Assembly (NCBI GenBank): GCA_964187785.1
Contig: OZ076415.1
Span: 27,094,001 to 27,158,000 of the forward strand
DNA: 64,000 nucleotides
Origin: Amphiscolops sp. MND2022
Taxonomy: Eukaryota
Direction of reading: 5' to 3'
Part shown: positions 11,253 through 22,361 of the stretch, in pieces
How the letters are laid out: each line of letters starts with the position of its first letter
Numbering within the stretch: position 1 is the stretch's first letter
The notes under the pieces: model-generated
The model's database searches: none
What the model saw: the letters and a program-made list of their open reading frames with translations, nothing else
What the model was told of the DNA's origin: nothing
Program-made: the position numbers and the translations under genes

Positions 11253-13499
11253 TATCGTATTTCTTTTCTAAATATATATATCTTTCAAACATGTAAATGC
11301 ATCATTCATACGTATTGTTGTTTACGCTTCCTGTCTTCAGCGAATTGAGTCTTTTACTACTACTAATTCGGTTTTACACAACAAAAGCATCGTCTTGCCA
11401 CCTTTATTGTGTGAGGTAAATTACCCAGCGTTCCTTTATTGTAAGGACTTTTATGAAAAGACACCCAGACACACTTTATAATACTTGAAAAGAGTTCCTA
11501 AAACTTCACGGATCCTCCTAGCTGAAAACTTCATACCCAAAACTAATAATATTTGTGAAACCCCGTTAAATATTGCCTTGTGGTGCTTACTGTTCTCCTT
11601 TCTAAGGTATTTTTTGGAGAAACTGCTTCGAGGAGGGCAACTTCAGCGGTCATCACTTAGTGCAATTATCAACAAGCGTATTCGGGATGATGTCATTGAG
11701 AAAAAACCGAAACGCTACAGAAAACAGCAGGAGAAAAGCGAGTTAGATTGACGACTGCGTTCCATTTGCACTAAATTAGACGAAGGTAATGTTAAGGCCG
11801 GAATCAGAATGGCAGTCGGCGACGACAAGATTGCAGATTTCACGGTCGACAACTACGCTGCCCTTAAGCTGAAACATCCGCAGAGGGGAACTTGCTCTGT
11901 TCCGGACCCCACAGATATCGATTGTGTTTCAACCTCGGAGTTTTTGTCCACAAGGCTCTCATGTCCTTCCCCAACGGCTCTAGTGCAGGGTTGGATGGCA
12001 TTTCGCCCCAAACTTTGAAAGATTTGACTGCCAAGTCGAACGGGCAAACTGGACCGAATTTTCTCAGAGTCTTAACAAATCTTGTGAATGTGATTCTCGA
12101 AGGAAAAGTACCTTTTGAACTTCGGCCGTACTTCTTTGGTGCGAAACTGATTGCGCTAAAAAACTCCAATGGAGGACTTCGTCCTCTCGCTATAGGCAAT
12201 ACTTTCCGCCGATTGTCCGCAAAATGTGCCGGATACCATGTCTTCGAATCACGTCAAGCAAGATATGGAAAATCGACAAGAAGGTGTAGGTACCAAAAGG
12301 GGCGCTTAATTGGCCTCACATGTTTTCTGTTGTTTGATAGAAAGCCCTCAGCCCAAAGAAAACGTAATTTTGAAAATTGACTTCGAGAACGCTTTCAATT
12401 CGATAAACCGGCAATTCATGCTAGAGAAAGTTTTTGAAAAACACCCTGAAGTTTTTAAAGATTCACACTCGGCCTACAGTTAGCCAAGTTTTCTTTTTTT
12501 ACGGTGATTCAGTACTCAAATCTTGTGAAGGGACCCAGCAAGGAGACCCTGAGTCTCCAGTTTTGTTTTCGGATTCCATTCAGGATCTGATTGACAGTTT
12601 GGAGTCGAAAATAAACTTATGATACCTAGACGATGGAAATTTAAGTGATGATTACCGAACTGTTTTGAAAGATCCCAAAAAAATTGTTGATGCGGAAAGA
12701 ACGCTGGGACTCAAATTTAAACCCACGAATTGTGAATTTTTTTCCCTGGTGACATCATTGAAAAACGACGATCGACTACTTTAGATTTTTTCCAAAAACG
12801 TTGCCCCGGGATCGAAACACCAAAGAAAGATAAACTTATCATTCTTGGTTCACCGCTCGGCCCGAAATCACAAGCAGACTTATTGGAAAGGAAAATAATG
12901 AACTGGACAAAGTTAAAGGGATTGTTGAAAAACTAGATGCGCACTATGTTGAAAAATAGCTTCAGTTTGCCAAAGTTGTTGTACTTCCTGAGAACCAGTA
13001 CATGTTTTAATCATCCAGCTCTCTTGGAGAAAAATGGCAAAACCGTGCGCGACAAACTTTCCAAACTTTGTAACGTGAACGTCGACGATATTCCGAGTAC
13101 TCTGCTGGCTCTGCCCACTAACATGGGTGGTCTTAGGGTGTCAACCGCATCATTCGTAGCACTTCCCTCTTTTTTGGCCTCATGTTTTGGTGCGAGTGTG
13201 ACTTTCTCACGACGACTTTCTCGGAAACATTCGAAGATGTTTCGTTTACAAAAGCGCTTGAGAAAGGTTGAGTTTGACGAGTGAACAGGAATGTCCTCTC
13301 GGTGGAACCCAAAAAAAAATTGGACACAACCTGTCTTCGTCAGAAATGCCCAAGAGTTGATTTCTAGAAAGGATGACAGACGTTCGATAGTTTTCAACGC
13401 TCACCAAGGTCAATTCGGGTCTCAATGGCTGAACGTCGTTCCTTGCAAGAACAAAGGCCTGAAACTTGAAGATCAGCAACTTCGAGTTTCAATTGGTTT

Positions 13500-13848
13500 G
13501 GGTGGCTTCAAATAGGTCTAATTTTTCTGGTAGAAAGGACATAGGTCGAACCTTTTGATCGAATTGCAGGGATTGAATGGAATGCGGTCGAATTTTATCG
13601 TATTTGTTGTATGGCACGGTCGCTTCGCTCCCTTCGCCAAGTAGCAACATCGAGGTATGGCCATATGGCACGTCGCTCCGCTTCGCTTCGCTCCTGCATT
13701 CAGGGTACTAGGGGTATGTTAACATATCTGACCAGGTTATAAAAATTTCGATCCGAGTTGTTTCGATCCTATTCAAAAATTTGGTATGTCTACCTGAGAA
13801 TTAACTCTGATTTTCGATCCTGTTCCTTCGACCTATTTCCGCCCACCC
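13500..13848. mobile_element. Mutator-like MITE (GGGTGG TIR family), inside CRE copy 1
   Basis: Imperfect 19-bp TIR GGGTGGCTTCAAATAGGTC / GACCTATTTCCGCCCACCC; interrupts ISIGL..GANIC coding; homologous to 21541-21890. Confidence 0.85.
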
Positions 13849-14610
13849 GGTGCCAACATCTGCGTAGGGCATACGTGCCACTGTGGTAAAAGTTGAACGG
13901 GACGGTTTACACGGTCTTTCTTGCACCAAGAGTGCTGGTCGCTTCTCACGTCATGCTATTCTCAATCCTCTCATGAAGCAGTCGTTGGGATCTCTGGACT
14001 TGCCTTCAATGCTCGAACCGCGTGGACTGCACCGAATTGATGGCAAACGCCCAGACGGTGTTACCATGGTTCCTTGGGAAATGGGTAAACAGCTGGTGTG
14101 GAATGTCACGGTTGTGGATGGATGCTCTTGCACCCAGTCGCCTGAATCAAGGCTCTTTATGCAACCCGGGAACCACCGCCACCGAGGCTGAAGCGCGTAA
14201 AATGGAGAAGTATCGCGAATTAATTGACTATGGATACATTTTTTAGCCGGTGGCCTTGGAAGTACAGGGTTCTTTAGGCGAGAGCAGTGAAATTTTCATC
14301 ACGCGTCTCTGTGAAATGCTCTGTCGTTTGCACGACGATCAACAAGCTGGCAATGGCTCCTCAGATCGGCAGTGCGGCCTGTGTTCTAGGAACTGTGAGC
14401 GACAGAGTTGCGTTCGAAGAAATTTATTACATATAGCCTAATTTTTTTGACCTTTATATCAAAGCAGCTCTAAAAAAAATTCCATCGGTTGACTGCATAG
14501 TGGCTGGTTTGAGTAGTTTGTTGGTTGTTTTTTTTTGTTACTGGTATAGTGGCTGGTATGGCGTTCCCTACTTTCGTTGCAGACCACGGGTGTGTGTCTT
14601 CTTCCCCAAC

Positions 14611-14660
14611 ATGATGATACACATGGCACTTGATTGATGACGAAGATCCATGATATCTGA
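14611..14660 (+). ncRNA. C/D-box (snoRNA-like) module, type A
   Basis: Box C ATGATGA 14611-17, D' TTGA 14630-33, C' TTGATGA 14634-40, box D CTGA 14657-60; weak TTCC/GGAA terminal stem. Confidence 0.4.
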
Positions 14661-14676
14661 TAGAGGAAAAAAAACC

Positions 14677-15335
14677 TTTATGGAAATGCACCTTACCTTA
14701 TCACCCAGCTATGGAAAAGGCGCCGACTAAAAATAGAAAATACTGATTCATTTCATCTTCATGGCATAGTTTTTCGAGTACGTGGAATATTTAATGTTCG
14801 CTTCACTACTTTCAGAATCTGATGTTGGTTGAAGTGTATTCATGTGGTCAGAGAGTATGAAATCGTAGTGTTCTCACTGATGGCTTACGTTTTGTTGAGA
14901 CTATGGAGCTATTTTTCTGGTCGAGGTTGGTTGTAAATTTTGAATGTCATACGGTCCTATGCTCACAGCGTATCACATTCTTTTCTGAAATGGTTGCTTT
15001 GTTGAGGACATTACGTGGTAATTCAAATAGCTGAAAATGAAAAGTTATCAAACAGCAAACAATTTTTATCGGGCCTAGTGATAAGCTGGAATTCGATGTC
15101 GCGGATATTGTCAAAATTTTTACTGAAACGTCGGCTATGTTCACGTACCCCTGAAGCGCAAAGTCGAAATTCCGAAAAGCGAATTCCAGAAACTTCGAAT
15201 CATGAAATATGGTGCTCGTCTGGCAATACATTGCTAATCATGTTATTCAGTTACAGCAATTAGAATTGAATCATTTGACGACAGATTGCAATTTCAATGC
15301 GCTACTTTTCTGAATTATTTTCTCTCTATTCACGA
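14677..15335 (+). repeat. Near-identical duplicate of the ARL5 upstream region, exon 1 and start of intron 1 (22159-22817)
   Basis: Direct alignment by eye shows only scattered substitutions over ~660 bp. Confidence 0.95.
14880..14925 (+). pseudogene. ARL5: Duplicated ARL5 exon 1 ([15 protein letters not shown]; G2A and S6L)
   Basis: ATGGCTTACGTTTTGTTGAGA... versus ATGGGTTACGTTTTGTCGAGA...; donor G|GTTGGT intact; not followed locally by exon 2. Confidence 0.8.
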
Positions 15336-16422
15336 CGCTCAAATTTAAAAAGTTTTTGAAAAACACCCTGAAGTTTTTAAAGATTCACACTCGGACTACA
15401 GTTAGCCAAGTTTTCTTTTTTTTTACGGTGATTCAGTACTCAAATCTTGTGAAGGGACCCAGCAAGGAGACCCTGAGTCTCCAGTTTTGTTTTCGGATTC
15501 CATTCAGGATCTGATTGACAGTTTGGAGTCGAAAATAAACTTATGATACCTAGACAATGGAAATTTAAGTGATGATTACCGAACTGTTTTGAAAGATCCC
15601 AAAAAAATTGTTGAAGCGGAAAGAACGCTGGGACACAAATTTAAACCCACGAATTGTGAATTTTTCTCCCGGGTGACATCACTGAAAAACGACGATCGAC
15701 TAATTTAGAATTTTTCCAAAAACGTTTCCCCGGGATCGAAACACCAAAGAAAGATAAACTTATCATTCTTGGTTCACCGCTCGGCCTGAAATCACAAGCA
15801 GACTTATTGGAAAAGAAAATAATGAACTGGACAAAGTTAAAGGGATTGTTGAAAAACTAGATGCGCACTATGTTGAAAAATTGCTTCAGTTTGCCATAGT
15901 TGTTGTACTTCCTGAGAACCAGTACATGTTTTAATCATCCAGCTCTCTTGGAGAGAAATGGCAAAACCGTGCGCGACAAACTTTCCAAACTTTGTAACGT
16001 GAACGTCGACGATATTCCGAGTACTCTGCTGGCTCTGCCCACTAACATGGGTGGTCTTAGGGTGTCAACCGCATCATTCGTAGCACTTCCCGCCTTTTTG
16101 GCCTCAGGTTTTGGTGCGAGTGTGACTTTCTCACGACGATTTTCTCGGAAACATTCGAAGATGTTTCGTTTACAAAAGCGCTTGAGAAATGGTTGAGTTT
16201 GACGCGTGAACAGGAATGTCCTCTCGGTGGAACCCAAAAAAATTGGACACAACCTGTCTTCGTCAGAAATGCCCAAGAGTTGATTTCTAGAAAGGATGAC
16301 AGACGTTCGATAGTTTTCAACGCTCACCAAGGTCAATTCGGGTCTCAATGGCTGAACGTCGTTCCTTGCAAGAACATAGGCCTGAAACTTGATGATCAGC
16401 AACTTCGAATTTCAATTGGTTT

Positions 16423-16771
16423 GGGTGGCTTCAAATAGGTCTAATTTTTCTGGTAGAAAGAACATAGGTCGAACCTTTTGATCGAACTGCAGGGATTGAA
16501 TGGAATGCGGTCGAATTTTATCGTATTTGTTGTATGGCACGGTCGCTTCGCTCCCTTCGCCAAGTAGCAACATCGAGGTATGGCCATATGGCACGTCGCT
16601 CCGCTTCGCTTCGCTCCTACATTCAGGGTACTAGGGGTATGTTAACATATCTGACTACGTTATAAAAATTTCGATCCGAGTTGTTTCGATCCTATTCAAA
16701 AATTTGGTATGTCTACCTGAGAATTAACTCTGATTTTCGATCCTGTTCCTTCGACCTATTTCCGCCCACCC
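16423..16771. mobile_element. Mutator-like MITE (GGGTGG TIR family), inside CRE copy 2
   Basis: Near-identical to 13500-13848 at the same position. Confidence 0.85.
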
Positions 16772-17532
16772 GGTGCCAACATCTGCGTAGGGCATACGTG
16801 CCACTGTGGTAAAAGTTGAACGGGACGGTTTACACGGTCTTTCTTGCACCAAGAGTGCTGGTCGCTTCTCACGTCATGCTATTCTCAATTCTCTCATGAA
16901 GCAGTCGTTGGGATCTCTGGACTTGCCTTCAATGCTCGAACCGCGTGGACTGCACCGAATTGATGGCAAAAGCCCAGACGGTGTTACCATGATTCCTTGG
17001 GAAATGGGTAAACAGCTGGTGTGGAATGTCACGGTTGTGGATGGATGCTCTTGCACCCAGTCGCTTGAATCAATGCTCTTTATGCAACCCGGTAACCACC
17101 GCCACCGAGGCTGAAGCGCGTAAAAAGGAGAAGTATCGCAAATTAATTGACTATGGGTACATTTTTTAGCCGGTGGCCTTGGAAGTACAGAGTTCTTTAG
17201 GCGAGAGCAGTGAAATTTTCATCACGCGTCTCTTTAAAATGCTCTGTCGTTCGCACGACGATCAACAAGCTGGCAATGGTTCCTCAGATCGGCAGTGCGG
17301 CCTGTGTTCTAGGAACTGTGAGCGACAGAGATGCGTTCGAAGAAATTTATTACATATAGCCTAATTTTTTTGACCTTTATATCAAAGCAGCTTTAAAAAA
17401 AGTTCCACCGGTCGACTGCATAGTGGCTGGTTTGAGTAGTTTGTTGGTTGTTTTTTTGTTACTGGTATAGTGGCTGGTATGGGGTTCCCTACTTTCGTTG
17501 CAGACCACGGGTGTGTGTCTTCTTCCCCCAAC

Positions 17533-17582
17533 ATGATGATGCACATGGCACTTGATTGATGACAAAGATCCATGATATCTGA
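17533..17582 (+). ncRNA. C/D-box module, type A (duplicate)
   Basis: ATGATGA 17533-39 ... TTGATTGATGA ... CTGA 17579-82. Confidence 0.4.
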
Positions 17583-18077
17583 TAGAGGAAAAAAACCTTA
17601 ATGGAAATCTGCCACTGTGGTAAAAGTAGCCTAATTGTTGTGATGGACTTGTTGAATGGCTTCAGAGATGGCAATGATTTGAATTTGAGACAACTGGACA
17701 ACATCTCTGACGCTGTTTTGTTGGCTTGTCGCTGCACTTGGGCTGAAAGATCTATCACAACCCGGTAAGATAGTTCTATTTGTATTTCATTTAGTCAAAT
17801 TGAGGCTCAGCGTTTCTACCGGTCTACTGGGATAGTGGCTGGTATGAGTAGTTTTTTGGCGTTTTTTTTAAATGTTATATTTCATTAATTTTAATTTTAA
17901 CTTATCTTTTTAACAAATCAAGTCTCCAGATTTTTCGATGGCTTTAGAAACCCCCAGCCCGGTTTTCCCTTGTTTTTCTCCATCCTCGTTTTTGGTCGTT
18001 TTGTCTCCCCTCTGAAAATGAGCATTGTAACACGTGTCGTGTGCAGTGCCTGAACCATAAATCGTAGGCTCTGAAAA

Positions 18078-21000
18078 ATGTCCCGGAGAGGAATCAATAA
18101 GTTCTGCTCCGCCCAAAAATGTTGTAAACCCTCTGGCAGAATTTTCTGGGTAGGATGTTCAAAATGCCGTAAATGGTTCCATATCAAGTGTGTGGGTAAT
18201 ACAAAAAAGCAGTCGGAGGAGGAAGATTTTTTCTGCAGACCTTGTCAAGTTGTGGATACGGGTGCTCCACTGCCGCTTACTGTTGATACTCTAATAGCTG
18301 TCACTAAAGCAAACCCCACCATTCTAAAACGAGTACCCAAACACGCACGCATTCCATTAGCGAAGCTTCTCAATGAAGCGCTTGATGGCATAGTAGCAAA
18401 GCCACACGATAAATCGTGCTGGGTGAGTTTCTTTTTTCAATTTTGCGCTATTATGAAACAACCAAACGATCTGGCAAACGACAGAAATCTGATCTGGGGA
18501 GTATCATATGCGAGAGAATCAACAAAGGTGCAGCTCTTGGCGATCTTGTCGTCCCGCGTGAAGTGAAGGACTCTAAACTCGAGCAAGAATGCGAAAAAAG
18601 GATCAAGTTGATCTCCGCCAAGCTCGATGAGGGGAACGTCCGAGCGGGAATAAGACTAGCAGCGTCTGACGACTCAGTAATTCTTGACAACAACACTTAC
18701 GAAAAACTTCAGTCGAAACATCCTCTCGAGCCCCAAATCATGCCCAACAAAATGCCGAAGATAGCCTAATTACGTTTGAACCCATCGTAGCGAAGGCAAT
18801 CAACTCCTTCCCTTCTGGGTCTTCGGGAGGACCAAGCCTACTTGTGCCCCAGTTGTACAAAGACCTTATCGCGAAGAGCAACGGGTCCGTAGGAAACGAG
18901 TTTCTCCAGAAGCTAACAAGCGTACTAAATATTGTCTTGGAAGGCAAAGTCCCTGTAGGTTTGAGACCTTTTTTCTTTGGTGCTAAACTTATCGGTCTTC
19001 GGAAAAAAGACGGCGGAATTCGACCAATTGCTGTTGGAAATACCCTGCGTCGAATATGCTCGAAATGTGTGAGCTCTTTCGCGACTGACCAACGACGAAT
19101 TGATTTCCATGGTACGCAGTTTGGCTGCGGAACAAGTCGTGGAGCTGAAATCGCTGCACATGTTTTTCGAAACCTCATTGAGAACGAGCAGAATCCTGAA
19201 AACGTTATTCTAAAGATGGACTTCAAAAATGCTTTTAACTCGCTGAAACGTGACAAAATCTTAGACACCGTTTTCCGAAACGACGCCAGATTTACAATTA
19301 TACGCACTCTGCATATAGCGAATCCTCACATCTTTTCTTCGGAGAGAAAGTTATTCAATCGCAAGAGGGCTGTCAGCAAGGGGACCCTGAAGGCCCAGCT
19401 CTCTTCTCCGACACTATTCAAGACCTCGTTAACCAAATGGTTTCACAATATAATGTTTGGTACCTCGACGACGGAAACATTTCGGATGACTATCGGAAGG
19501 TTCTTGAGGACCTCAAACGAATCATCGCTAGCGCCGACGAGTATGGGTTATCACTCGAGAAAACTAAATGTTACCTGATTTTCCTTAGAAATTGTACCGA
19601 AAGTTCAAAAAAAAGAATCAAAACGCTTTTTGACGAAATTTTCCCGGGTATTAAAGTGGAGGATCGTGAGAATTTGGAAATTTTAGGGTCGCCAATGAGC
19701 GCAAGTACTCGACGAGACCTGTTGAACAAAAAAATGATTGAATTGCAAAAAAATATCTGAAGTCGTTACGAAATTAGATGCCCACTATAGTTTCTACTTG
19801 TTGAAGAACTGCTTTAGTCTACCTAAACTAGTCTACTTTCTTCGTACCAGCCCTTGCTTTGAAGAGGTGGACCTCCTACAGCAGTATGATTCCATTATCC
19901 GCAAATCATTGTCCAAAATCTGCAATGTGAATTTTGATGAAAGCAGCTATACTCAAGCGATTCTCTCAGTCTCCAAAGGGGGCATAGGCATTGCATCGGC
20001 TTCCCAGATTGCTCTTCCTGCTTTTTTAGCTTCAGCATCGGGTGCCAAACGTGCTTTGTCGTGTATCCTCCCGGAAGACTATGTTGATGCATCGTTTGAA
20101 AAGGCTCTGGATTTATGGTTGGCGAGGGCGAACCTGACAGAAGCACCGTCGGACTCCATTCAAAAACATTGGACCTCTCCTCTGAGCGATGCTACTTTTG
20201 ATCAACTTATTACAGACCTTGATGCGGAAAATGTCAAAAGGCTGAATGCTTATCAAGACCACTTTGGTTCAGCTTGGCTGAATGTTGTACCAAGCAAAAA
20301 CCTCGGTCTGAAGTTGACAGATCAGCAACTGCGCATCTCCTTATCCCTCCGCCTGGGATCGAAAATTTGCGAGAAACACATTTGCCGCTGCGGTAAACTT
20401 GTCGAAGAGAACGGACATCAGTGCCAGAAGCGCGGGACTTTTCTCGAGGCATCACAACCTCAACTCTCGTGAAACAGGCGCTGAGTTCCATCAAAGTTCC
20501 CTCAATTTTGGAACCATATGGTCTGACCCGAACAGATGGAAAGCGCCCAGATGGAATTACCCTAGCGCCCTGGGAGGTAAATGGTCACTTGGCTTAATGC
20601 CATTTGGCTTAAAGTCATTTGGCTTAATACAATTGGTCACTTGGCTTAAGTTTTTTAAGCTAAGTGTCTCGGGTATTGGTCACTTGGCTTAAAGTCATTT
20701 GACTTAAAACCACTTAGTTGAAAACACGTGACAGATTTTCTCGAATTTATCTTTATAACGGAATCAGCGTATTAATTTAACATGTCATATCAAGTACCCC
20801 TCGGATATGTCCCCATTTCCTCTAGTGCCCTGCGGCCCCTTGGGGCCGCTTATATTCCCATCTTGCTAAGCGAGGTCGAACAGGAGCAAAGACCTAGCGG
20901 GAACGAAGATCGCGAAGCGATCGTAGTGGGAGCTGGTCTTTGCGACGGTGAGGGCGAGCGTGCATACACCGCATATGCCGCACATTATGGTATTTCCGGG

Positions 21001-21514
21001 AGTTGACATATTTATTCCTCGAGTTGGAACGGAGTTGGCTTAATTTTGTGGTCACTTGGCTTAAAATTTTTAAGCCAAATGACTCGACGAAAAAATTAAG
21101 CCAAATGGTATTAAGCCAAGTGACTGGTAACCCCCTGGGAGTAAGGCAAGCAATTAGTCTGAGATGTTACTTGTGTCGATCTCCTTGCCCCCAGTAGAAT
21201 AGAGAACGGGTCTGTTGCCAACCCAGGCACAGCAGCGGAGGATGCAGAGGAATTGAAAACGGCTAAGTACGTTTGTTTGACTGACAAAGGATACATCTTC
21301 CAACCTTTAGCCTTTGAAATTCAGGGAGGAGTCGGACCTTCTACGTCTACCTTCTTCAAAAACCTCTGTAAAAAGTTGTGCGTGTGCAATCAAGAAAATA
21401 GAGCCGGGTCCTTTTTCAGGCAGAGACTCTCTCGCAATCCAGGTAGGCAATGCGGCCAGTGTAGTTGGAACGGTTCGGGACGAAGACCACTTAAGCGAAC
21501 TTTACTACTTGTAA
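18078..21514 (+). mobile_element. Near full-length CRE-like RLE non-LTR retrotransposon, copy 3 (PHD-RT-CCHC-RLE), frameshifted
   Basis: PHD CSAQKC..WVGCSKCRKWFHIKCVG..FFCRPC; FFGAKLIGLRKKDGGIRPIAVGNTLRR; MDFKNAFNS; QQGDP; WYLDDG; LKNCFSLPKL; HICRCGK; KRPDGITLAPWE; YIFQPLAFE. Confidence 0.92.
20576..21132. mobile_element. Foldback/Mutator-like MITE with TTGGCTTAA repeat arms
   Basis: TIR GGTAAATGGTCACTTGGCTTAAT / ATTAAGCCAAGTGACTGGTAACC; TSD CCCTGGGA(G) at 20568-75 and 21133-40; removing it rejoins LAPWE with GKQLV*DVTCVD; contains the 180-bp core at 20800-20979. Confidence 0.92.
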
Positions 21515-21540
21515 ATCCGCGTTTTAATGTCTTAATGTCC

Positions 21541-21890
21541 GGGTGGCTGTAAATAGGTCGAATTTTTCTGGTCGAAAGGACAGAGGTCGAACCTTTTGAT
21601 CGAATTGCAGGGATCGAATGGAATGCGGTCGAATTTTATCGTATTTGTTGTATGGCTCGGTCGCTTCGCTCCCTTCGCCAAGTAGCAACATTGAGGCATG
21701 GCCATATGGCACGTCGCTCCGCTTCGCTTCGCTCCTGCATTCAGGGCACTAGGGGTATGTGAACATATCTGACTACGTTATAAAAATTTCGATCCGAGTT
21801 GTTTCGATCCCATTCAAAAAATTTGGTTTGTCGACGTGAGGACTAACTCTGATTTTCGATCCCGTTCCTTCGACCTACTTCCGCCCACCC
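21541..21890. mobile_element. Mutator-like MITE (GGGTGG TIR family) with 9-bp TSD
   Basis: TSD TTAATGTCC at 21532-40 and 21891-99; TIR GGGTGGCTGTAAATAGGTCGAA / TTCGACCTACTTCCGCCCACCC. Confidence 0.93.
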
Positions 21891-22089
21891 TTAATGTCCG
21901 TTTTGTTTCATTAAGAAATATATGTCTTCTTTGCTTCGTAATCGTTACCAGTTCACATGCCTCTTTGAGTTTCTGGATTGAAGTTCCTCCTGGGTCCTTT
22001 GAACTCTCTGGTTGCATGATCTTTTCCTTATTTTTTTATGTCTCCTATGTTGGTTGGATTTTTTTGTCTGCCGCCCGGGCTGGGGGCAC

Positions 22090-22149
22090 ATGATGAATAC
22101 AGAAGCGTTTTTTAAGAAACGCTGATTGATGACGACGATCCAATTCTGA
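22090..22149 (+). ncRNA. C/D-box (snoRNA-like) module, type B
   Basis: Box C ATGATGA 22090-96, D' CTGA 22122-25, C' TTGATGA 22126-32, box D CTGA 22146-49, terminal stem GGCA/TGCC. Confidence 0.5.
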
Positions 22150-22361
22150 TTGCCTATTTTTATGGAAATGCACCTTACCTTATCACCCAGCTATGGAAAA
22201 GGCGCCGACTAAAAATAGAAAATACTGATTCATTTCATCTTCATGGCATAGTTTTTCGAGTACGTGGAATATTTAATGTTGGCTTCACTACTTTCAGAAT
22301 CTGATGTTGGTTGAAGTGTATTCATGTGGTCAGAGAGTATGAAATCGTAGTGTTCTCACTG

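Larger units (their letters stand above)
11480..14687 (+). mobile_element. CRE-like RLE non-LTR retrotransposon, copy 1 (5' truncated, decayed; 3' boundary tentative)
   Basis: [87 protein letters not shown] (CCHC + PD-(D/E)xK RLE). Confidence 0.88.
15349..17608 (+). mobile_element. CRE-like copy 2 (duplicate of 12427-14687)
   Basis: Shares the same stops, frameshifts and MITE insertion as copy 1. Confidence 0.92.

Noticed and set aside
17640-17770. Possible exon (MDLLNGFRDG... with CG|GTAAGA donor) between CRE copies 2 and 3
   Set aside because: No convincing acceptor, partner exon or recognisable homology.
500-21165. Probable Trp-to-stop changes in several retroelements, suggesting APOBEC-like editing
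   Set aside because: Only about three cases seen (two clear TGG-to-TGA), among many other mutation types; cannot be separated from neutral decay without a consensus.
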